A stretch of 43,679 nt of DNA from Gemmatimonadota bacterium (GTDB taxonomy: Bacteria > Gemmatimonadota > Gemmatimonadetes > Longimicrobiales > RSA9): assembly GCA_019347975.1 (NCBI GenBank), contig JAHWKI010000002.1, positions 1 through 43,679 on the forward strand, read 5' to 3'. A program made the position numbers and the translations under genes. Positions 9,188 to 18,524 of this stretch are shown here, piece after piece; positions within the stretch are counted from its first letter, which is position 1; every line of letters begins with the position of its first letter. A model generated the notes under the pieces. The model saw nothing but the letters and a program-made list of their open reading frames with translations, made no database searches and was not told the DNA's origin.

Positions 9188-10096
9188 ATGAGGGGAGGCG
9201 TGGCGGTGTGTGCGGCGGTCCTCGTGGGTTGCGGGGGCGCTGGCGGCGCGGGAGACGGACCGGAGAGCGGAGATCCAAGGGCGGCCACTCCGCTGGATAC
9301 GACGGACGCGGTGGCGGCGCTGACCGGGTTCTCGGGCCCCGAGGCGGTGCGCCACGACCCGGACCAGGACGTCTGGTTCGTCGCGAACTTCGGCGCGGGC
9401 GGCGACGACCCGCGAGACGCGGACGGCTTCATCAGCCGCGTGACGGCCGCGGGTGAGGCGGAGCCCCTCCGCTTCATGGTCGGCACGGCGACGGCGCCGC
9501 TGCACATGCCGCGCGGCATGTTCATCGAGGGCGATACGCTCTGGGTGGCCGACGTGGACGGGGTTCACGGCTTTCACCGCGTGAACGGCCGGCACCTGGC
9601 GTTCATCGACTTCCGCGCGCTGGAGCCCGGCTTCCTCAACGACATTTCGGCGGCCCCGGACGGCGTGCTGTACGTGACGGATACCGGCGCGGGCGGTCGC
9701 GTGTACCGGGTGGCGGGTGGGGGAGGGCGGCCCGAGGTCGTCGTGGACTCGCTTCCGGCGCCGCCGAACGGGATCACCTGGGACGGCGACCGGGGCGCGT
9801 TCCTGCTGGCGCCCTGGGGCGACGGAGATGTGATCCGGGCGCTGAGCCCTGATGGCCTGATGGCCCCAGTGATCAGAGTGCCGGCAGGCCGATTCGACGG
9901 GATCGAGCTGGTGGACGGGGGGATGCTGCTGGCGACGCAGACGGACTCCAGCCTGTGGCTGGTGGAGGGTGCCTCGGCGCGGCGCATCATCCGGACGCGG
10001 GGCCGACCCGCGGACATCGGCTACGACGCCGGTCGCCGTCTGGTGGCGGTGCCGTACATCGCGCTGAACCGGGTGGACATCTGGGCGGTGCCGTAG
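9188..10096 (+). CDS. SMP-30/gluconolactonase/LRE-family beta-propeller lipoprotein
   Basis: SD GAGAGGA before ATG 9188. Lipobox LVGC, GFSGPEAV, DGFISR, FLNDI, PNGI, DGI and PADIG. Confidence 0.82.
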   Translation: MRGGVAVCAAVLVGCGGAGGAGDGPESGDPRAATPLDTTDAVAALTGFSGPEAVRHDPDQDVWFVANFGAGGDDPRDADGFISRVTAAGEAEPLRFMVGTATAPLHMPRGMFIEGDTLWVADVDGVHGFHRVNGRHLAFIDFRALEPGFLNDISAAPDGVLYVTDTGAGGRVYRVAGGGGRPEVVVDSLPAPPNGITWDGDRGAFLLAPWGDGDVIRALSPDGLMAPVIRVPAGRFDGIELVDGGMLLATQTDSSLWLVEGASARRIIRTRGRPADIGYDAGRRLVAVPYIALNRVDIWAVP

Positions 10097-10100
10097 CGGC

Positions 10101-11693
10101 TCAGCCCAGCTGGACCTGGCGGGCGCTGAGGACATCGGGGAGCCGGCCGAGGGCGGCCAGCAGCTCGGGGGGCAGCTTGCCGTCCACGGCGATGGCCGCG
10201 AGCGCCTCCCCGCCGGCCTCGAGGCGGCCCTGGTGGTACTCGGCGATGTTCACGCCGGCCTCGCCCAGCAAGGTCCCGACGCGGCCGATGACGCCGGGGA
10301 CATCGCGGTTGCGGAGGATCACGAGGACGCCGGAGGGGCGGATGTCGACCGGATAGGCGTTGATCCGAACGATGCGCGGGTGGTCGCCACGGAGAGCGCC
10401 GGCCACGCGGGTCTCCATGCCGCCGCCGGCCAGCCGCAGCTCGAGGTGCTCGGCGTAATCCGCATGGGGGCGCAGGAGCACACGGCTGATTCGAATGCCG
10501 CGGGACTCGGCCAGGTGGAGCGAGTTGACGAGGTTCACACCGCCGCGGCCGACGATGTCGGTGAGCATGCCGACGAGGGCGGCGGCGGCGATGGGGCGGA
10601 GCGCATCCTCGGCGGTCTCGCCGGCGTAGCGGACCTCGACGGCCTGGACCGCTCCTGCGAGGGCCCGGCCGAGCTCACCCAGACGGGTGGCGAGCTCCAG
10701 GAGCGGACGCAGTCGCCGCATCAGCTCGCTCCCCACCGCGGGCGCATTCACGGCGCGGGAGAAGTCCTCGTGGAGGAGCGCGTCGCGGACGGACTCGGCG
10801 GCCTCGAAGGCGACGTTGTGCTGGGCCTCCTCGGTCGCCGCGCCGAGGTGGGGAGTGAGAACGACGGAGTCCACGGAGCGGAGGGGGTGGTCGGCGGGGA
10901 GCGGCTCGTCGGTGAACACGTCCAGGGCCGCGCCGGCCAGGCGACCCTCGTTCAGCGCGTTCAGGAGCGCCTCCTCGTCGAGGACGCCGCCTCTGGCCGC
11001 GTTGACGATGATGGCGCCGGGCTTGAGCAGCGCGAGGCGCTCGGCGCCGATGAGGTTCGCGGTCGCGTCGGTCAGGGGGACGTGGAGGGACACGATGTCG
11101 GCGGTGCGGAGCAGGTCGTCCAGCGTGGCGGTCTTCACCCCCAGCTGTTTCGCCCGCTCCTCCTGGAGAAACGGGTCGTAGGCGATGACGCGCATGCCGA
11201 ACGCCTTCGCCCGTCGCGCGACCTCTCCGCCGATCCGGCCGGCGCCCACCAGACCCAGCGTCTTCCCGTGGACCTCCGAGCCCTTGAAGGTCTTCCGGTC
11301 CCACTCGCCCCGCCGCATGGAGCGGTCGGCGGCGCCGACCTTCCTCACCGCGGCGAGGAGGAGCGCCATCGTGAGCTCCGCCGCCGAGATCGTGTTCCCG
11401 GAGGGCGCATTGAAGACGGCGATCCCCTTCTCCGTTGCGGCGGCCACGTCGATGTTGTCGACACCAACGCCTGCCCGGCCAATGACGCGCAGCCGCGTGG
11501 TGCGAGCCAGGGACTCGCGCGTGATGGTGGTGCTGGAGCGGATGATGACGGCGTCGACGCCCGCCAGGGCATCGGCGAGGGCGTCACCCTCGAGGCCGGT
11601 GGACTCGATGAGCTCGAAGCGGTCATCCTGGAGCGGCCCGAGACCGGAGGCGGGGATCTTGTCCGCCAGGAGGATGCGCAGCCGGTCAGCCAT
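10101..11693 (-). CDS. serA: D-3-phosphoglycerate dehydrogenase (with ASB and ACT domains)
   Basis: RAGVGVDNID, GKTLGLVGAGRIG, NAARGG, TPHLGAATEEAQ and C-terminal ACT NRDVPGVIG. ATG 11693 overlaps the upstream gene end. Confidence 0.96.
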   Translation of the reverse strand: MADRLRILLADKIPASGLGPLQDDRFELIESTGLEGDALADALAGVDAVIIRSSTTITRESLARTTRLRVIGRAGVGVDNIDVAAATEKGIAVFNAPSGNTISAAELTMALLLAAVRKVGAADRSMRRGEWDRKTFKGSEVHGKTLGLVGAGRIGGEVARRAKAFGMRVIAYDPFLQEERAKQLGVKTATLDDLLRTADIVSLHVPLTDATANLIGAERLALLKPGAIIVNAARGGVLDEEALLNALNEGRLAGAALDVFTDEPLPADHPLRSVDSVVLTPHLGAATEEAQHNVAFEAAESVRDALLHEDFSRAVNAPAVGSELMRRLRPLLELATRLGELGRALAGAVQAVEVRYAGETAEDALRPIAAAALVGMLTDIVGRGGVNLVNSLHLAESRGIRISRVLLRPHADYAEHLELRLAGGGMETRVAGALRGDHPRIVRINAYPVDIRPSGVLVILRNRDVPGVIGRVGTLLGEAGVNIAEYHQGRLEAGGEALAAIAVDGKLPPELLAALGRLPDVLSARQVQLG

Positions 11694-12792
11694 GCGGCGC
11701 GAGAACCTCCGCGAATACATCGGAGAGGATGTCGAGCAGCGCGTCGAGCTCCTGCACCGTATGGTCCCCCATGTGGCCGATCCGGATCATGGCGTCCTTC
11801 GCCTTTCCGTAACCGGGTGCGATGACGAATCCGCGGGCATGGACCGCGGCACAGACGTCCGTGGCCCTGACACCTTCGGGGACCGTCACGCAGGTGACGG
11901 TCGGTGAGCGGTAGCCCTCCGGCGCCAGAATGTCCACGCCGTAGCCCTGGTCGCGCATCTCCGCGACCCACGCGTACGTCCGCTCGGCCATGGCGTCATG
12001 GCGGGCCCAGCGGTTCTCCACGCCTTCGCGAACGATGGCCTCCATCTGCACCGCCGCGGCGTACATGAGGGACACCGCCGGGGTGTTGGGCGTCTGGCTC
12101 TTCTCCAGGTTGCGTTCGAACTCCAGCACGTCGAAGTAGAGGCCGCGCCGGTCGTTGGCCGCGGCGCGCTCCAGCACGGCCGGCTGCGCGACGCCGAACG
12201 CCAGGCCCGGCGGCAGCGCGAACGACTTCTGCGACCCCGTGGCAACGAAGTCCAGCTCCCAGCCATCGGTCTCCACCCGCGCGCCGGCCATCGAGCTGAC
12301 CGTGTCAACGCACACCATGGCGCCGTACTCGTGGGCGACCCGGGCGAGGGCCTCGAGCGGGTTGAGGACCCCGGTCGACGTCTCCGAGTGACAGATGGTC
12401 ACCGTGTCGAAGTCGCCTCCCGCCATGGCGTCGCCAAGCTGCTCCGGCGTGTGGGGCTCGCCCCACCCGACATCGAGGCGCACCAGCTCCACGCCGCACA
12501 GCTCGGCGATGCGGGCGAACCGCTCGCTGAAGGCGCCGTTTACGAGCGAGAGGACGCGGCGCCGGGCGACGCTCCGGATCCCCATCTCCATCATCCCGGT
12601 CCCCGATGCGGGAGCGACATAGACGGGGCGTCCGGTGCGGAACACCTGCTGGAGGCCCGGCTGGATCCGCTCCATGACCGCTTCCATCTCGACGGTGCGG
12701 TGGCCGATCATGGGTCCGAGCATGGCCTCGAGGACTTCGCGGCGAACCTCGGTGGGCCCGGGGAGGAAGAAACGGCCGAACGAGCTGGTCAT
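11686..12792 (-). CDS. Class V PLP aminotransferase (alanine-glyoxylate/serine-pyruvate family), probable phosphoserine aminotransferase by context
   Basis: FLPGPT, GHR, SGTG, HSETSTG, DTVSS, GSQK (PLP lysine), PNTP and RIGHMG. Lies between serB and serA. Confidence 0.88.
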   Translation of the reverse strand: MTSSFGRFFLPGPTEVRREVLEAMLGPMIGHRTVEMEAVMERIQPGLQQVFRTGRPVYVAPASGTGMMEMGIRSVARRRVLSLVNGAFSERFARIAELCGVELVRLDVGWGEPHTPEQLGDAMAGGDFDTVTICHSETSTGVLNPLEALARVAHEYGAMVCVDTVSSMAGARVETDGWELDFVATGSQKSFALPPGLAFGVAQPAVLERAAANDRRGLYFDVLEFERNLEKSQTPNTPAVSLMYAAAVQMEAIVREGVENRWARHDAMAERTYAWVAEMRDQGYGVDILAPEGYRSPTVTCVTVPEGVRATDVCAAVHARGFVIAPGYGKAKDAMIRIGHMGDHTVQELDALLDILSDVFAEVLAPHG

Positions 12793-12806
12793 GTGCTATT
12801 CCTGCG

Positions 12807-13544
12807 TCAGCGCCATTCGAAGGCGCCGTCTGCGATCAGGTCAGTGCCCTTCCTAAATACGTCGCGAACGGATTCATGGTCGGGGTCCTCGTCGCCGAGC
12901 GCAAGCGGCACCAGCGGCGCCAGCGAGCGCGAGCGGAGGACGACGGGCGCGACGCTGAGGACCGCGGGCCTTGCGACCACCCCGGCGTATGCCACGAACA
13001 GGTCCACCTCATGGCGCGCCTCCAGATCGGTGGCTCCGTCCCCGACGAGGAGCACGGGTCCGGGTATGGGGGAGGGGGCGGCTCTCCAGGCGCGCACGAT
13101 CTCCGCCTTCCCGCCCGCGCGAGCGGCCGGGTGGAGGGCGTCGTGGCCGGCCCACGAGCCATCCTCGTGGAATCGAACGGGGACGGCGGCGACGGCGTCG
13201 TCGGGGAGAGCGAGGTGGCGGGCGAGGCCGAGCACGGCCGGGAGGAGCCCGCCGGAGACGATGCGGATGGCGACACCCGCGGTCCTGAGCGCGGCCACCG
13301 TTGCGGCCGCGTCGTCCACGAGGGCGTCGATATAGAGAGGCACCAGGTCGTCGACGGCCTGGCGAGAAGGCCTGATCAGGTCCAGCCGGCGGCCGTACAC
13401 CTCCTCCAGCGGGACCTCGCCGCGCATCGCGGCGTCGGTCAGGGCGGTCACCTCGTGACGGCGGTCCGCGGCGAGCTCCTCTATCCCCTCCAGACCGCAG
13501 AGGGTGGAGTCGCAGTCGAAGACGACGGTGCGGTAGCCGCTCAC
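12807..13544 (-). CDS. serB: HAD-family phosphoserine phosphatase
   Basis: FDCDSTL motif I, TDAAMRG, VSGG, GK and VGDGATD. Start taken as GTG 13544, which overlaps the upstream TGA (GTGA). Confidence 0.85.
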   Translation of the reverse strand: MSGYRTVVFDCDSTLCGLEGIEELAADRRHEVTALTDAAMRGEVPLEEVYGRRLDLIRPSRQAVDDLVPLYIDALVDDAAATVAALRTAGVAIRIVSGGLLPAVLGLARHLALPDDAVAAVPVRFHEDGSWAGHDALHPAARAGGKAEIVRAWRAAPSPIPGPVLLVGDGATDLEARHEVDLFVAYAGVVARPAVLSVAPVVLRSRSLAPLVPLALGDEDPDHESVRDVFRKGTDLIADGAFEWR

Positions 13545-14374
13545 GTGGGGAGGCGCAGGAGCCAGCCCCCCTTCCCACCGGGGAGGTATCGGATCCGGGC
13601 GTTCAGGCGACGTCGCCATTCGAACGCGGCGCGGCGCTCGGCGGGGCGATCCCCGTCATCCATCAGGATCGTGGCGCCGGGCCTCAGCCGGTCCCGGAGC
13701 AGGGGGACGGCCGGCCAGCGCGCCTCGGGACCGAACAGGTCGGGCGGCCCGTCCACGATCAGGAGGTCGATGCGGGCGGGCAGCGCGGCCTCGAACGCCT
13801 CGCCGGAATACCACGGCAGGTTCCTGCCCTCCACGGCCCGTTCGACGACCGGGGCGTGGACGACCGTCGCGCGATGCCCGAGCTCCTCACGAGCGATCCA
13901 CTCCCGGGTCCGCCGCGCGTACTCGCCGAGGTGGTCCACGGCCAGCACGTGGCCACGGCCCAGGCTCTCGAGCCGCCGGGCGATCAGGAGCGTCGAGTGC
14001 CCGGATCCCAGCTCGACGATGGACTCCGGCCCCTCGTCCACGGCGGAAAGGAGCTGCTCGGCGAAGAGCGCATCCATGGCGAACGGGTCGTGGGCCAGGA
14101 GCCTGTCGCCGGTGAACGGCCGGATGTTGTGGAGGGCCCGCGCCTCGCGTGTAATCCGGTCGCCCAGCTGCTGGAGCGCGGCCAGGGGGAGCGCCAGAGC
14201 CAGGAAGCCGAACAGACCGGCCCAGAGGGAGGCGAAGGAGGCGCCGAAATCGAGGGCGGAAGCGGTCAGGGCGAGGAGCGCGCCGCCCAGCAGGCCGGCG
14301 AGGAGGGGCAGCCCGGGCGAGCCCCACGTGCGGTTGGACTTGCGGATCTGCCGCCAGCGCTGGTTGCGAGCCAT
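13541..14374 (-). CDS. Class I SAM-dependent methyltransferase (Methyltransf_24-like) with two N-terminal TM helices
   Basis: IVELGSGHST, IDLLIVDGPP and ILMDDGDR. Hydrophobic N-terminus. Confidence 0.8.
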   Translation of the reverse strand: MARNQRWRQIRKSNRTWGSPGLPLLAGLLGGALLALTASALDFGASFASLWAGLFGFLALALPLAALQQLGDRITREARALHNIRPFTGDRLLAHDPFAMDALFAEQLLSAVDEGPESIVELGSGHSTLLIARRLESLGRGHVLAVDHLGEYARRTREWIAREELGHRATVVHAPVVERAVEGRNLPWYSGEAFEAALPARIDLLIVDGPPDLFGPEARWPAVPLLRDRLRPGATILMDDGDRPAERRAAFEWRRRLNARIRYLPGGKGGWLLRLPT

Positions 14375-14380
14375 GGCGGC

Positions 14381-14409
14381 AAGCTGTCGGTCGCGCGGGA
14401 GGGGCGCAA
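14381..14409 (-). promoter_or_regulatory. Putative sigma70 promoter, leaderless geometry
   Basis: TTGCGC-N17-CAGCTT-N6-ATG(14374). Confidence 0.45.
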
Positions 14410-14457
14410 CGGCGGCAGGGTCAGCTCCGTGACCCCTTCAGCGCCGGTGGAGCCCGC

Positions 14458-15210
14458 TCACACGGCCTCCTCGAGGACCCCGCCGAAGCGGCGCTCACGG
14501 CCCCGGAACTCCTGGACGGCCCGCCTCAACTCGGTCTCCTCGAAATCCGGCCACAACGTCGGCGAGAAGAAGAGCTCGGCGTACGCGCATTCCCAGAGAA
14601 GGAAATCGCTCAGCCGCTGCTCACCGCCCGTCCGGATCAGGAGGTCGACATCACGGACCGGCATGCCGCCGCCCTCGGCGGCACCCATGCAGCTCCGGAA
14701 GGTCTCCCGACAGAAGGGAGCCGCCTCGCTGTCCGTGTCCGCGCAGCCCGCCGCCTGCTGCGCGGCCATGGCGGCGGCTCGAACGATGACGTCCCGGGCG
14801 GAGTAGTCGACCGCCAGCCGCAGGACGAGTCCGTCGTTCGCCGCGCTGGCCTCCTCCGCCCTACGGATCTCACGGACCAGACGCGCCGAGAGGCGGTCGC
14901 GCCGGCCCACCACGACCAGACGGACATTGTTGTCGATGAGGCGTTCGGTCTCGCGGCGGAGGTATTCCATGAAGAGCGTCATCACGCCGCGAACCTCGTC
15001 GCGGGGACGGCTCCAGTTGTCCGACGAAAACGCGTACAGGGTCAGCAGGCCGACGCCCGACACGGGGTCGGCGCACGCCTCGACCACACGGCGCACGGCC
15101 TTCGCACCCTCGCGGTGCCCCACTCCCCGGGGCATCCCGCGACGCCTCGCCCACCGGCCGTTGCCATCCATGATGATGGCGACGTGGAGGTCGGTCTCGG
15201 TTTCTCTCAT
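14458..15210 (-). CDS. uppS: cis-prenyltransferase (UppS family), divergent paralog
   Basis: [57 protein letters not shown] and RRFGG. Confidence 0.9.
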   Translation of the reverse strand: MRETETDLHVAIIMDGNGRWARRRGMPRGVGHREGAKAVRRVVEACADPVSGVGLLTLYAFSSDNWSRPRDEVRGVMTLFMEYLRRETERLIDNNVRLVVVGRRDRLSARLVREIRRAEEASAANDGLVLRLAVDYSARDVIVRAAAMAAQQAAGCADTDSEAAPFCRETFRSCMGAAEGGGMPVRDVDLLIRTGGEQRLSDFLLWECAYAELFFSPTLWPDFEETELRRAVQEFRGRERRFGGVLEEAV

Positions 15211-15262
15211 GTCACGGCCGTGCGACGCGCGCCACCATGGCGCCGACGCGGTTGCAGGTTCA

Positions 15263-15628
15263 TCATTCGCGCACCGCCCGGATCAGCGCTTCCATGTGCG
15301 ACAGGTATCCTTCCAGTGCCACCCGTCCGTTCGGCGTAAGCCGGTACTCGGTCCGTGGCACCCGCCCCTGGTAGCCCTTGAGGCATTCCAGGTACCCCGC
15401 ATCCTCGAGCTTTCGCGCGTGCGCGCTCAGGTTGCCATCCGTCACTCCCAGTAGCGCCTTGAGATCGTTGAACGTCAGCGTTTCGTTCACCGCCAGCGCA
15501 CTGACGATCCCGAGCCTCACCCGCTCGTGGACCAGGCGGTCCAGGTCTCCCGGGGAGGCGTCCGCCAGCCCTGGTACGCCGGTCAGCCCAGACACCGGCT
15601 CCTCGTTCTGCGCCCGGGGCTTACCCAC
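15263..15628 (-). CDS. Winged-helix transcriptional regulator (HTH_34 / ArsR-MarR-like)
   Basis: [34 protein letters not shown] and [11 protein letters not shown] start with GGAGG SD. Confidence 0.88.
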   Translation of the reverse strand: MGKPRAQNEEPVSGLTGVPGLADASPGDLDRLVHERVRLGIVSALAVNETLTFNDLKALLGVTDGNLSAHARKLEDAGYLECLKGYQGRVPRTEYRLTPNGRVALEGYLSHMEALIRAVRE

Positions 15629-16229
15629 CGTACCGCCTCCAGACGATCGCCCCGAAGATGATGTGCAGACCCCCGAGCCCCAGCCCCAGCAGCACCTCCC
15701 CCGTCACCGGCACCAGCAGCGCCACCGTACCGAGCAGGATGAACGCCGCCCCCATCAGGGGGATCGCCCGCACGGAGTACGCGCCGCCCGTCATCACCCC
15801 GGCGCCGTACAGGGATAGCCAGATCCCCGGGAGCAGGCCGTAGCTGCCGCCCAGCCAGATCGCCACCGTCAGCACCGCGCCTACCGCCATCGGGGGCGCG
15901 AAGGCCAGGATCAGCTTGCGTCCGGTGTGAGACCGAAGCGGCACCCCCATGGACCGCGCCTTCCGGGCCGTCATCCCCACCGACAGCACGCCCGCGAGGA
16001 GCAGCTCGGCCAGCCACACGGCGAACCACCGCTCCTGCGTAGGCTGCGCCGCCGCGATCAATGTCGCGCCGATCGCCGTGACGCCGACCAGCACGTACCC
16101 GGAGCCGGAGATGGCCGTGAAGGAGGTGGCCCGCTCCATGGTCTCGCGGATGAAGCGCAGGTTCTCGGCGGCGCGCTCGTGCAGCGCGAGGTCGGGCCGG
16201 TCAGCGGATTTCGACAGTCGAGCGTTCAT
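15621..16229 (-). CDS. Hypothetical multi-pass membrane protein
   Basis: About 6 hydrophobic segments. N-terminal ENLRFIRETMERA..FTA and C-terminal GGLHIIFG. Overlaps the regulator gene by 8 nt. Confidence 0.82.
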   Translation of the reverse strand: MNARLSKSADRPDLALHERAAENLRFIRETMERATSFTAISGSGYVLVGVTAIGATLIAAAQPTQERWFAVWLAELLLAGVLSVGMTARKARSMGVPLRSHTGRKLILAFAPPMAVGAVLTVAIWLGGSYGLLPGIWLSLYGAGVMTGGAYSVRAIPLMGAAFILLGTVALLVPVTGEVLLGLGLGGLHIIFGAIVWRRYGG

Positions 16230-16236
16230 GGTGAGG

Positions 16237-16284
16237 AGGATAGCGGCTGCGCTCCTCCTCTGTCAAGTACTTTGCCCGGTAAAG
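16237..16284 (-). promoter_or_regulatory. sigma70 promoter (leaderless) with adjacent imperfect palindrome (candidate operator)
   Basis: Perfect TTGACA (16266-16261)-N18-TATCCT (16242-16237)-N7-ATG. CTTTGCCCGGTAAAG palindrome at 16270-16284, next to the -35. Confidence 0.65.
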
Positions 16285-16296
16285 GAGGCGCGGGCG

Positions 16297-17781
16297 TCAG
16301 GTAGCCACGAACTCCTGGTAATGGGCATAGCGCTCGAGGACGAGGGCGACGTAGGTCACGGGCTCGAGTCCGCGGCAGAAGCCGTACTCGACGACGGGGT
16401 CCGTGTAAACGTCCTTCTTCGACTTCTGGAGAAGCCAGTAGGCGACGTCGTCCCATCGATCGGGGTCGTCGCCGTTCTTTTCGGCGAGGCGGCGGGCATC
16501 GGAGACGTGGCCGAAGCCGGCGTTGTAGGAGGCGAGGATGAAGCGGAGCCGCTGCTCGGGGTCGGCGATCTCGTTCTCCCACAGTGCGGAGAGCCACTCG
16601 AGGTAGCGAACGGCGCCGGCGACGTTCTGCTCGGGGTCGTAGGCGTCGGCGACGTTGACCTCGCGGGCGGTGGCGGGCATGAGCTGGAGGAGTCCCATGG
16701 CGCCGGCCCAGGAGCGGGCGCGGGGCTGGAACTTGGACTCCTGGAAGGTCTGGGAGGCGAGGAGGCGCCAGTCCCAACCGATGGCGGGGGCGTGCTGGCG
16801 CAGGAGGTCGTCGTACTCGGAGAGACGTCCGGTTTCGGACGTGAGGTATTCGCTCTCGATGCGCTCATCGATCCCGGCGCGATCGCGGAAGTACTTGTCG
16901 TAGAGGGCCTGGAGCTCGCCGGTCTCCCGCGCCCGCTCGATGTAGGAGTCGAGAGCCCGCTTGAGCTCGGGGGCGTTGTTTCGGACGGCGAGCGTGACGT
17001 CGTGAGTGGGGCCGAGGACCGGCGTGACGACCACGTTGGAGAAGTAGCTCTCCTTGAGGCGAGCGAGGTTCTCGGGCGAAACGGTGAACTGCACGCGACC
17101 CTGGGAGACGGAGCGGATGAGCTGCTCGTGGCTGGCGCTGTCCACCTCGACGACGTGGATGTCCTCGCCCAGGCTGTCGGAGAGCTCGATCAGGCGGTCT
17201 TCGTAGAAGGTGCGATCCGGCATGTGGACCTCGCGTCCGGCGAGCTGGGACGGACGCTGGAGGAGGCGAGCCCGGACGTTGAGGGGAGCCGGGTCGCCGG
17301 CCTCGGGAGCGTCGTCTGCGGCGGAGCCCGGCTCGGGGAGCAGGGTGTCGACGGCCTGAGGGAGGTCGGCGCTCTCGGGCGGCGCGCCCTGCTGGACGAG
17401 CATGGCGCGGGTCTGATAGAGCGGCTCCGTATAGGCCACGTGGGGGCTGTCGCGCCGGGTGGGGACGATGCGTGCGGCGGCGACGTCGCCATCGCCGTCG
17501 TTGAGGCGGTGGAGAACCCGGTCGCGATCGCGGGCGATCACCGTCCGCAGCTCCAGCCCGGCATCCTCGGCGAAAGCGCGGAGGAGGTCGTACTCGAACC
17601 CCATGGGCTCGCCGCGGTAGAGGAAGTAGCTGGTGGAGTTGAAGGTCACCAGGGCGGTAAGGGTGTCCATGTCCGCGATCTGCTGGAGATCGCGCTCGAC
17701 GGGCGGCCCGGGGTCGTCCCCGCCGCAGGCCGCAGTCGCCGACGTGAGGATCAGGAGCAGGGTGGGGACATAACGTCGCAT
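16297..17781 (-). CDS. mltF: Membrane-bound lytic murein transglycosylase F-like lipoprotein (SBP + SLT domains)
   Basis: Lipobox TAAC after ATG 17781, YFLYRGEPMGFEYDL, catalytic QESKF, GAMGLLQLMP, ASYNAG and RGLEPVTYV. Confidence 0.9.
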   Translation of the reverse strand: MRRYVPTLLLILTSATAACGGDDPGPPVERDLQQIADMDTLTALVTFNSTSYFLYRGEPMGFEYDLLRAFAEDAGLELRTVIARDRDRVLHRLNDGDGDVAAARIVPTRRDSPHVAYTEPLYQTRAMLVQQGAPPESADLPQAVDTLLPEPGSAADDAPEAGDPAPLNVRARLLQRPSQLAGREVHMPDRTFYEDRLIELSDSLGEDIHVVEVDSASHEQLIRSVSQGRVQFTVSPENLARLKESYFSNVVVTPVLGPTHDVTLAVRNNAPELKRALDSYIERARETGELQALYDKYFRDRAGIDERIESEYLTSETGRLSEYDDLLRQHAPAIGWDWRLLASQTFQESKFQPRARSWAGAMGLLQLMPATAREVNVADAYDPEQNVAGAVRYLEWLSALWENEIADPEQRLRFILASYNAGFGHVSDARRLAEKNGDDPDRWDDVAYWLLQKSKKDVYTDPVVEYGFCRGLEPVTYVALVLERYAHYQEFVAT

Positions 17782-17854
17782 GGCATCCTTCGAAACGGTT
17801 CGCGGTCGTCGGGGCGTATGCGCGCAGGTTGCGTTCCGGCGGGCCGGTGAGTGG

Positions 17855-17870
17855 AGGAACGGTGATTGCA
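17855..17870 (+). promoter_or_regulatory. Putative sigma54 (-24/-12) promoter of yciF
   Basis: AGGAACGGTGATTGCA, i.e. GG-N10-GC with TTGCA. Confidence 0.5.
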
Positions 17871-17941
17871 CGGAGCGAGGGTACCCGCCGCGGGGCGCAG
17901 CCCGCGGCGTTTTGCGTTCACCCACCGAACGGAGGACTCGT

Positions 17942-18436
17942 ATGGACATCGACACGATGAAGGAGCTCTTCATCCACGAGCTCAAGGACCTGCACGATGC
18001 CGAGAACCAGATCCTGAAGGCGCTGCCGAAGATGGCGAAGAAGGCGACGCACGATGAGCTGAAGACCGCGTTCCAGGAGCACGTGCGCCAGACGGAGGAG
18101 CACGTGCGGCGGCTGGAGCAGGTGCTGGACGATCTGGGGGAGAAGCCGGGTGGCGTGAAATGCAAGGGGATCCGGGGCATCATCGCCGAGGGCGAGGAAT
18201 CCATGAAGGATGTGGATGATGACGAGGTTCGCGATGCGGCGATGATCGGTGCCGCGCAGCGGGTGGAGCACTACGAGATCGCCGGCTACGGCACCGCCCG
18301 GACGTACGCGCGGATGCTCGGAAACGAGAACGCCGCTCGCGTGCTCCAGAACACGCTGGACGAGGAGGGCGAGACGGACAAGCGGCTGACGCGGCTGGCC
18401 GAGGCCCGGGTGAACCCGGACGCGCTGCGGACGTAG
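17942..18436 (+). CDS. yciF: YciE/YciF ferritin-like protein (DUF892)
   Basis: SD GGAGGA. ELKDLHDAENQILKALPKM, AQRVEHYEIAGYGT and TLDEEGETDKRLT. Confidence 0.93.
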   Translation: MDIDTMKELFIHELKDLHDAENQILKALPKMAKKATHDELKTAFQEHVRQTEEHVRRLEQVLDDLGEKPGGVKCKGIRGIIAEGEESMKDVDDDEVRDAAMIGAAQRVEHYEIAGYGTARTYARMLGNENAARVLQNTLDEEGETDKRLTRLAEARVNPDALRT

Positions 18437-18494
18437 AGTCGTACCTCTCCGGGCGGTTCAGGGCCGGGCTTCGCTGCTCGAGCCAGGCGCGTTT

Positions 18495-18524
18495 CGCGGG
18501 GGCTCCCGGTCGGGGGCTCCCGCG
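18495..18524 (+). terminator. GC-rich hairpin after yciF (possible terminator or stabiliser)
   Basis: CGCGGGGGCTCCCG-GT-CGGGGGCTCCCGCG pairs using G-U wobbles on the + strand only. No U tract. Confidence 0.4.

Noticed and set aside
13545-13619. Longer serB start at 13619
   Set aside because: It would overlap the methyltransferase gene by 79 nt with a Pro-rich extension. The GTGA-coupled start at 13544 sits just before the HAD motif I.
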